Origin: Candidatus Fokinia solitaria
GTDB lineage: Bacteria; Pseudomonadota; Alphaproteobacteria; Rickettsiales; Midichloriaceae
Assembly: GCF_003072485.1 (NCBI RefSeq)
Contig: NZ_CP025989.1
Coordinates: 450,001 to 482,000 of the forward strand
Length of the DNA: 32,000 nt
Reading direction: 5' to 3'
In this document: positions 25,845 through 32,000 of the stretch, piece after piece
Layout: every line of letters begins with the position of its first letter
How positions within the stretch are numbered: position 1 is the stretch's first letter
Made by a program: the position numbers and the translations under genes
The notes under the pieces: generated by a model
What the model saw: only the letters and a program-made list of their open reading frames with translations
Told to the model about the DNA's origin: nothing
Database searches by the model: none

Positions 25845-26951
25845 ATGAATACGCAACAAAAAGCACAACATAAAGCAATATTAGCGCAAGATAAAGCTAA
25901 ACAAAAACAAGAGAAGAGTAAGGTAAAAAGCTTTTTGCATCTTTGTTTTCTGATATTTTTCTGTACGTATCATAACTTGATTTTAGTAGCATTCGCATTT
26001 GCGACGTCAGATATGATATACAATCCTCTTGGCCATGTGATGGAGGAGTATAAAGAACAACAAACTAGAAACTTAGCAGTACTAACGCAGGCATTGCAGA
26101 TGCGGCGTCAAATGGAAGCAGATAGGCAGTATGAGGCGGATAAAGAGCGAGAGCTTGAGCAGTACAAAGCGGAGCATGATGAGATTGTAGCAATGCATGA
26201 AGCGGATAAATTGCAAGAAAAGAAGCAGCATGATGAGATTGTGGCAATGCATAAAGCGGATAAAGAACAGCAACAAGACAATTTTAATAGGAAATTTTTA
26301 TATAAAAGGATATCAGGCGCTAAAGAGGAATCACGAAAACAAGAGGTAGATCGAGTTAAAGCGATTGATGATCTGTTGGGCCTAATTAGCGCTTATGATA
26401 AAGCGAAAATTTTAAAAGGGCAGAATTTAGAAACTGGCACACTCTTTACCAATCGAAATAAAGCGTACAGAGATGCAAAAGATGTATCGGTAGATACAAA
26501 ACTCATGTTTGGCGGATATGATTTTTCTACTCCAGACACTAATCGTCTTGTGCGTAAAGCTGTTATCAAAATAAATAATTGGCTTCGGATTCCTTATTAC
26601 GATATAGGCCTTACTACAGAGTATGTGATATATATCGAAGCAATAGCTAATCAAATAAAGTACTATAGTCAGTTTTTAAGAGAAGCAAGCCCTGGACATT
26701 ATATCGATAGAGATGTGGAATTTGCTGCTTCACATTTGTCTGCAATAACTAATAAAATAGAAAATGGCATTACTCTTACGCGAGCTGATTGGAAGCGAAT
26801 GCAACAAGCAGTCAAGGCATTAGAAAATTATGCTGATAGAGTTGTGCGAAACATTCAAAATGAAGCACGGACAAAATATGGAAAGTCAGAAGATGCGGGT
26901 GTGATGCAAATGTATAATAATGTATTTGGCAGCTCAGATCCTGTGCAGTGA
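25845..26951 (+). CDS. Hypothetical protein: N-terminal hydrophobic segment, internal-repeat coiled coil, helical C-terminal domain
   Basis: SFLHLCFLIFFCTYHNLILVAFAFA, then EADRQYEADKERELEQYKAEHDEIVAMHEADKLQEKKQHDEIVAMHKADKEQQQ, then about 210 aa of apparently helical sequence. Confidence 0.6.
   Translation: MNTQQKAQHKAILAQDKAKQKQEKSKVKSFLHLCFLIFFCTYHNLILVAFAFATSDMIYNPLGHVMEEYKEQQTRNLAVLTQALQMRRQMEADRQYEADKERELEQYKAEHDEIVAMHEADKLQEKKQHDEIVAMHKADKEQQQDNFNRKFLYKRISGAKEESRKQEVDRVKAIDDLLGLISAYDKAKILKGQNLETGTLFTNRNKAYRDAKDVSVDTKLMFGGYDFSTPDTNRLVRKAVIKINNWLRIPYYDIGLTTEYVIYIEAIANQIKYYSQFLREASPGHYIDRDVEFAASHLSAITNKIENGITLTRADWKRMQQAVKALENYADRVVRNIQNEARTKYGKSEDAGVMQMYNNVFGSSDPVQ
26172..26264 (+). repeat. 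54-bp direct repeat within the 25845..26951 CDS
   Basis: gagcatgatgagattgtagcaatgcatgaagcggataaa (26172) and cagcatgatgagattgtggcaatgcataaagcggataaa (26226); offset of 54 bp (18 codons). Confidence 0.75.
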
Positions 26952-27345
26952 GAAGAAAACGAGGCTACATCTTTACTCAAATAATATTAACTTTCTAGAA
27001 CGCAAGCTAACAGCGCGCCTATAGCAGCGAATAATGGCATCGTGCTATGAATGATGAGGATATATCGCTTCCTTAATAGAAATGTACTACCATCAATTAG
27101 TAAGATATCAACAAGCAATTTTACACACTAGCAACAGATGATAGATAGATTAACAAATTAAGAGAAGCGAAATAGCACAAAGATGATCTGATAAAGGAGG
27201 TAAATTAAGTAAGAGACTTATTAAATCTTTAATGACATCGGAAGACTTATGCACAAGAATTTTTCAATAAATACACTTCGTAATGACATAACTGCAAATA
27301 TTAAAAGAAATATGAAAAAACACTTATCGAACTTGAGCCACAGCA

Positions 27346-27714
27346 ATGTGCTATGAATCTTACGATATAGAAGTAGATGAACTACCAAGGAGTAAGTTCG
27401 ATGCTACAGCAATGCGCTATGAATCTTACGATATAGAAGCAGATAAACCACCAAGGAGTAAGTTCGATACTATAGCAATGCGCTATGAATCTTACGATAT
27501 AGAAGTAGATAAACCACCAAGGAGTAAGTTCGATACTATAGCAATGCGCTATGAATCTTACGATATAGAAGTAGATAAACCACCAAGGAGTAAGTTCGAT
27601 ACTACAGCAACATGCTATGAATCTTACAATATAGAAGTAGATGAATCACCAAGGAGTAAGTTCAGCGCTATAGATAACAGCAAATTATTATGTAATATAG
27701 CAAAGTATAGTTAG
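27346..27714 (+). CDS. Hypothetical tandem-repeat protein (22-aa repeats)
   Basis: Almost entirely repeats of YESYDIEVDKPPRSKFDTIAMR; ATG at 27346, in-frame TGA at 27334-27336. Confidence 0.4.
   Translation: MCYESYDIEVDELPRSKFDATAMRYESYDIEADKPPRSKFDTIAMRYESYDIEVDKPPRSKFDTIAMRYESYDIEVDKPPRSKFDTTATCYESYNIEVDESPRSKFSAIDNSKLLCNIAKYS
27351..27680 (+). repeat. 66-bp tandem repeat, 5 copies
   Basis: Copies start at 27351, 27417, 27483, 27549 and 27615: ctatgaatcttacgatatagaagtagataaaccaccaaggagtaagttcgatactatagcaatgcg. Copies 2 and 3 differ at one base. Confidence 0.95.
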
Positions 27715-28039
27715 AGAGTATTTAGATACCTAACAGAACTATTAGCATCGCCGATAAAGAATTGGCGCAACAGCGAAAAGCTAAGTAATTCAGCTAGATC
27801 AGTACGTAATTTTCGATATACGCTTCGTTACTCCCTCTCTCATCGCAGCATCAAATGTTTGACACATCACTAGCCATATCAAGATACACATTGCGCCTAA
27901 ATAAGACAAACATGAACAAATATGACTGTACTAGAAGAAGTGTACGGCACTTCTACAATAAAATCGCACAGCACGAAAACCCTAATTAGTAACTTTCGCA
28001 CTTTCTTCGCGTCAATCCTCTCTAAAAAATACCGAAGTA

Positions 28040-28657
28040 CTATCTTGAATATAACTCGATAGTTAGTTGAGGGTCTACAGTCATAGGATACGGCACTTCT
28101 GCAAGCAGCGGCTTCCTAATAAACGTTACAGAAGAGTCAGCGCCATTAAATGTGATATAAGAAGGCCTGACTTTCGTTTCGTTAGATAATGCTCCCTGCA
28201 CTATTTGCATCTCCAAGGCTTTTGGCGTTAATTCAAGAATGTCCGACGGTTGCAAAAACGCACTGCCAACATTTAAATACTTTCCATTCACTTTTACATG
28301 CTTATGAGATACTAACTGCCTTGCCGCTCTCATCGTAGGCGCATACTTGCTTCTATATACAATAACGTCGAGACGAGATTCAAGCAAACCTATCAAATTT
28401 TCTCCTACATCACCTGACATTTTTGCAGCTTTTTTATAGATTCCTCTAAACTGTTTCTCCGTAATATTACAGTAATACGCCTTCAACATCTGCTTCGCTC
28501 TTAACTGCATGCCATATACGGAAGAACGTTTATATCCGTTTCTTCCGTGCATACCAGGAGGATAATTTCTCTTAACATACGCATCATCTGCTTTCTCAGT
28601 CAGATTTGCTCCAAACCTCCTAGATGCTTTGCACTTCGTTGTATTAATTTTTGTCAC
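28040..28657 (-). CDS. rpsD: 30S ribosomal protein S4
   Basis: TKINTTKCKASRRFGANL...NYPPGMHGRNGYKRSSVYGMQLRAKQMLKAYY...ESRLDVIVYRSKYAPTMRAARQLVSHKHVKVNGKYLN. The track ORF runs to 28735, but the GTG at 28657 matches the expected N-terminus better. Confidence 0.93.
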   Translation of the reverse strand: MTKINTTKCKASRRFGANLTEKADDAYVKRNYPPGMHGRNGYKRSSVYGMQLRAKQMLKAYYCNITEKQFRGIYKKAAKMSGDVGENLIGLLESRLDVIVYRSKYAPTMRAARQLVSHKHVKVNGKYLNVGSAFLQPSDILELTPKALEMQIVQGALSNETKVRPSYITFNGADSSVTFIRKPLLAEVPYPMTVDPQLTIELYSR

Positions 28658-28843
28658 GACACCGCCATGAATATTCACATTCTGAATAGCAAGATAATAA
28701 CTCATTACTATCAAAAAGCAATACGTTTCCGGCAAAATGCATACTTAAGAATGCTACTTTTAAGCAGATCTAGTCTTTAGATTTTTTCGCAACGTTCGAG
28801 AAGGCAGTTTTTTCTTTGTGCTCTCTTTCATTTTATAGATAGC

Positions 28844-30037
28844 TTACTTCTCAGCTTTTACTATGCCGTAAAACAATAAAATTCTTTCCATCACTAAAGA
28901 CATAATGATATTGTACCCTACATTTAGTGCTGTAATAATCTCATCCATCAAGATATTCATCACAAGTACGAGGGAGATCATATCGTCATTAAAGTGTAAA
29001 TACTTCTCTAAGAGTGGTACAGAAGCTAAGCTTATAACACCACCTCCAGGAACAGCAGTCATCCCTACTCTCATTAAAACGTAAAAAAAGTTAAATTCCA
29101 ACCACACCGCTAATGATGGCAGAGTACCATGAAACTGATAAGATAAAAAAGAGAAAAGAACGGCGTTAAGTATACAATCGCCAATTTGTTGCACGCCAAT
29201 AGTAATCGGAATGATAGAACGTACTATATTAGGTATTTTTGCGAGTTTTGCTGCACTTTCTGTAACATATGGAAGCGCGATCATACTGCTTGAAGAAGTA
29301 AACGATATCATTATTGGATATGATATACTTTTGAGAACTTCTTTAATCTCAGCATATTTCATACGTAGCACTGCTAAAAGTAGTAAAATGAAATATGTCG
29401 CAGAACAACTCAAAGCTATTGATAAAAAGCCTAAAAGCTCTCCTATAAAAGATAAAATATCTCTTTGACCGAAGTTAGCAATAAATGCCATAATCATCAC
29501 TATTACCGCTTTGGAAAAAAATGTACGCATCATCCAAGTCATGCAATGCATCGCACTTTCCAATATCCTTTCTGCATCTCTATACTGATAGATCTTAGCG
29601 ACACGACCAATAACAATACCAAGTACGATAAATATCTTACTATTCCAAAAATTCGGTATCGGTATTCTAAAATCAAACAGCAAGTTCATAGCTTTAGACG
29701 CAGTAGTACAAGTGATGGAAGCACTAAAATACGGTAGTAGAGGTGCGCTAAAAAAATATGAATACATTACAGCGACAAAATTGGAAATACACTCCAGCAA
29801 TACAACCGCAAGCACAAATAAAGTGGCATTACTTTGCACTTTATACATAGCATTCGCTAGTAAAACAAAGACTAGTACTGGTATAAAGAGCATCACCAAA
29901 TTTCTGATGTGCAACGCAAGCGTATACACAATATCGCGAACGATATCAGGTATTAGCGAAAAAAAGCATGAATAGCCTACTATCAGCAATATGAGAAAGA
30001 GACTCTTAAAAGGCAAGAAACGAATGTAACGAGTCAT
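28844..30037 (-). CDS. Dicarboxylate/amino-acid:cation symporter family (SDF) transporter
   Basis: Multi-TM protein with ISFTSSSSMIALPYVTESAAKLAKI and MTAVPGGGVISLASVPLLEKYLHFNDDMISLVLVMNILMDEIITALNV, typical of GltP/DctA-like carriers. Confidence 0.85.
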   Translation of the reverse strand: MTRYIRFLPFKSLFLILLIVGYSCFFSLIPDIVRDIVYTLALHIRNLVMLFIPVLVFVLLANAMYKVQSNATLFVLAVVLLECISNFVAVMYSYFFSAPLLPYFSASITCTTASKAMNLLFDFRIPIPNFWNSKIFIVLGIVIGRVAKIYQYRDAERILESAMHCMTWMMRTFFSKAVIVMIMAFIANFGQRDILSFIGELLGFLSIALSCSATYFILLLLAVLRMKYAEIKEVLKSISYPIMISFTSSSSMIALPYVTESAAKLAKIPNIVRSIIPITIGVQQIGDCILNAVLFSFLSYQFHGTLPSLAVWLEFNFFYVLMRVGMTAVPGGGVISLASVPLLEKYLHFNDDMISLVLVMNILMDEIITALNVGYNIIMSLVMERILLFYGIVKAEK

Positions 30038-30108
30038 TAAAACAAGAAGAACACATACATAACTTAGCCATCAAACATAAATAAAAGCAGCCTAAAAGAT
30101 ATACTTCG

Positions 30109-30183
30109 TGGTGCCAAAGATAGGAATTGAACCTACGACCTACTGATTACGAATCAGTTGCACTACCACTGTGCTACTTTGGC
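30109..30183 (-). tRNA. tRNA-Thr (anticodon CGT), CCA encoded
   Basis: GCCAAAG-TA-GCAC-AGTGGTA-GTGC-A-ACTGA-TTCGTAA-TCAGT-AGGTC-GTAGG-TTCAATT-CCTAT-CTTTGGC-A-CCA. All four stems pair. Confidence 0.96.
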
Positions 30184-30184
30184 A

Positions 30185-30934
30185 CTAATCTCTCCTTCCG
30201 CTTACAAATCTAAGAAGCTGCAGCACATTAATGAAGAGATTGATGAAATCCATATATAACGTCATAGCACCATAAACTGCAACTTTTTCCGTCATCGCAG
30301 AATCTTCTCCTCCAAGTACATAGTATGTATCTCTTACTCTTTGAGTGTCGTATGCTATCATGATAGTGAATACTAACACACCGACAGCAGATAAAACATA
30401 GTACATCGCAGAGCTTTGTAAAAAGATGTTTATGACAGATGCAATTACCATTCCAATTAATCCCATTACTGCAAACGAACCGATACCGGAAAGATCACTC
30501 TTCGTAGTATATCCGTATATACTCATTCCTCCAAACATTCCAGTAGTGATGATAGCTGCGCGCATCGCTAAATCAACGCCGGAGGCAATGCTAATTATTG
30601 AGACAGAAACTCCTATAGAAGCTGCTAATAGCCACAACATAGTACGCACCTGAGAATGCGACATTGTCATAAATTTCGCGCTACTATACCAACCTATTGC
30701 GAGAGGAGCAAACATAAACACCATATAAAGTGGAGTGCCAAACAGCAACCGCTGCAAAGGCGGAAGCAACATGATGAGAAAAGCAACAAAAGCCGTGATC
30801 CCTAAAGAAATAGCCATATCGCGATATACCTTTATCATATATGCGCGCAATCCTACATCATAAGTGACAGAACTTGCATGAGAGCTTCTAGCATTCTCTA
30901 CATTTGCATAGTAGCGCTTTTCATAACGACTCAT
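30185..30934 (-). CDS. Bax inhibitor-1/YccA family membrane protein
   Basis: Multi-TM; AIITTGMFGGMSIYGYTTKSDLSGIGSFAVMGLIG and IAYDTQRVRDTY...YGAMTLYMDFINLFINVLQLL. Confidence 0.92.
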   Translation of the reverse strand: MSRYEKRYYANVENARSSHASSVTYDVGLRAYMIKVYRDMAISLGITAFVAFLIMLLPPLQRLLFGTPLYMVFMFAPLAIGWYSSAKFMTMSHSQVRTMLWLLAASIGVSVSIISIASGVDLAMRAAIITTGMFGGMSIYGYTTKSDLSGIGSFAVMGLIGMVIASVINIFLQSSAMYYVLSAVGVLVFTIMIAYDTQRVRDTYYVLGGEDSAMTEKVAVYGAMTLYMDFINLFINVLQLLRFVSGRRD

Positions 30935-31123
30935 TGTTTTGGCAAAAATATTAAATGTTTTTACAAGTTGATGTTAACATATTACATACAGGAAAAAAAG
31001 AAGATTAGACAATTTAGATCGATAAATCTCATTCATCATCGAAAATCAACATAACATACATTTGTATTTCATGAGATTAACTTCTGAATGTAGAAAATAC
31101 TTATACGTTCATATATACATAAA

Positions 31124-31741
31124 GTGGAGGAATTCAAAAAGCGCTTAATGCACAAGATTATCAAATCCATACCGAACTTTATCACTCTGCTTCGTATACT
31201 GTTCATACCAGTTTTAGTAATGTCATTTTACATACCTGGAACAATAGGATGTTACACTGCTACTGCGATATTCATATTCGTCAGTATTACAGACTTAGTA
31301 GATGGTTACTTAGCGCGTACGCTAAAATCTCAAAGTAACTTCGGCAGAGTATTCGATCCAGTAGCGGATAAAATGTTGATCGCGGCTGTTTTATTAATGA
31401 TAGCAGAGCAAAAAATAGTGCCTACACCACTAATAGTGATAATACTATGTCGAGAGATGTTTGTATCAGGTATGAGAGAGTACTTAGCAGTGATGCACGT
31501 TGAAATATCTGTCAAACTACTCGGGAAAGTAAAGACTTGTGTACAGATGGTAGCTATAACATTTCTATTGCTTTCTAGGGAACACTTAGTGAGAGAAGAA
31601 GTTAGTATCGCAATTGGATTTGATGTATATTTTGCCGGAGAATACTTGATGTGGAGTGCGGCATTTCTGACGTTAATTTCAGGACTCGCATATCTAATGG
31701 AAGGGATGAAAAAACTGAATGAATATAATAATATTAAGTAG
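31124..31741 (+). CDS. pgsA: CDP-diacylglycerol--glycerol-3-phosphate 3-phosphatidyltransferase
   Basis: CDP-alcohol phosphatidyltransferase motif DLVDGYLARTLKSQSNFGRVFDPVADK; PNFITLLRILFIPVLV. Confidence 0.93.
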   Translation: MEEFKKRLMHKIIKSIPNFITLLRILFIPVLVMSFYIPGTIGCYTATAIFIFVSITDLVDGYLARTLKSQSNFGRVFDPVADKMLIAAVLLMIAEQKIVPTPLIVIILCREMFVSGMREYLAVMHVEISVKLLGKVKTCVQMVAITFLLLSREHLVREEVSIAIGFDVYFAGEYLMWSAAFLTLISGLAYLMEGMKKLNEYNNIK

Positions 31742-32000
31742 CAACTTCGCGCCGTCTGATGAGAGTAGTATTCGCCATTGCAAAGGGATATTGATCACTC
31801 ATGGACAAGGATGTATGAAACTCTTCTGTAAATTTAGTACTGCTACTCCAAAACGGCGCTCCTCTTTCGTTTTGTAAAATCTCCATATCTTTAAATTTCA
31901 AGTGAACGCAGATGCCACAACCTAAAGCTTTTGAATATGACTCTTTCGCTGCAAATCTTTTTGCAATATAGCTTGCAATATCTATTATTACATTTCGACC
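31734..32000 (-). CDS. acpS: Holo-[acyl-carrier-protein] synthase, partial (5' end beyond the window)
   Basis: Not in the ORF track because its start is outside. Translation reads IDIASYIAKRFAAKESYSKALGCGICVHLKFKDMEILQNERGAPFWSSSTKFTEEFHTSLSMSDQYPFAMANTTLIRRREVAT-stop, matching the AcpS KRFAAKEA..KALG and H.SLS....A.A patterns. Confidence 0.9.
   Translation of the reverse strand, partial: GRNVIIDIASYIAKRFAAKESYSKALGCGICVHLKFKDMEILQNERGAPFWSSSTKFTEEFHTSLSMSDQYPFAMANTTLIRRREVAT

Noticed and set aside
25660-25848. Plus-strand 62-aa ORF before 25845
   Set aside because: Short, no domain, overlaps the next CDS start by a few bases and lies in a low-coding-quality region.
27324-27336. Inverted match of tatcgaactt to the repeat core aagttcgata
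   Set aside because: Only about 10 bp in AT-rich DNA; consistent with chance.
27351-27680. CRISPR array interpretation of the 66-bp repeats
   Set aside because: Units are contiguous with no unique spacers, the whole period is conserved and no cas genes are nearby.

Overview
AT-rich bacterial chromosomal window. Gene content (lone VirB6-family protein, 17 kDa-antigen-like glycine-zipper lipoprotein, NtrX-like regulator, M16 protease, SDF-family carrier) suggests a Rickettsiales endosymbiont; that taxonomic placement is inference. Recognisable genes are an orphan type III-like DNA methyltransferase with a broken N-terminus, rpsI, rplM, dut, rpmE, a BON-domain lipoprotein, grpE, an ntrX-like regulator, an M16 peptidase, tmk, typA, cysS, a thioredoxin-fold protein, a large VirB6-like protein, rplY, truB, mutL, an amino-acid-binding lipoprotein, rpsD, an SDF-family symporter, tRNA-Thr(CGT), a Bax-inhibitor-1 family protein, pgsA and a partial acpS that is absent from the ORF track. 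I found no convincing CRISPR array, toxin-antitoxin pair, transposon or intact defense operon. The most noteworthy material is small and lineage-specific: (i) a 66-bp in-frame tandem repeat ORF (5 near-identical copies) preceded by possibly decayed copies; (ii) a heptad-repeat, tail-anchored coiled-coil ORF between a BON gene and a detached fragment of a second BON C-terminus; (iii) a frameshifted Mod gene beside an unknown 236-aa protein; (iv) an NtrX-like AAA+ protein without a GAFTGA loop; (v) a hairpin-rich leader region upstream of tmk.
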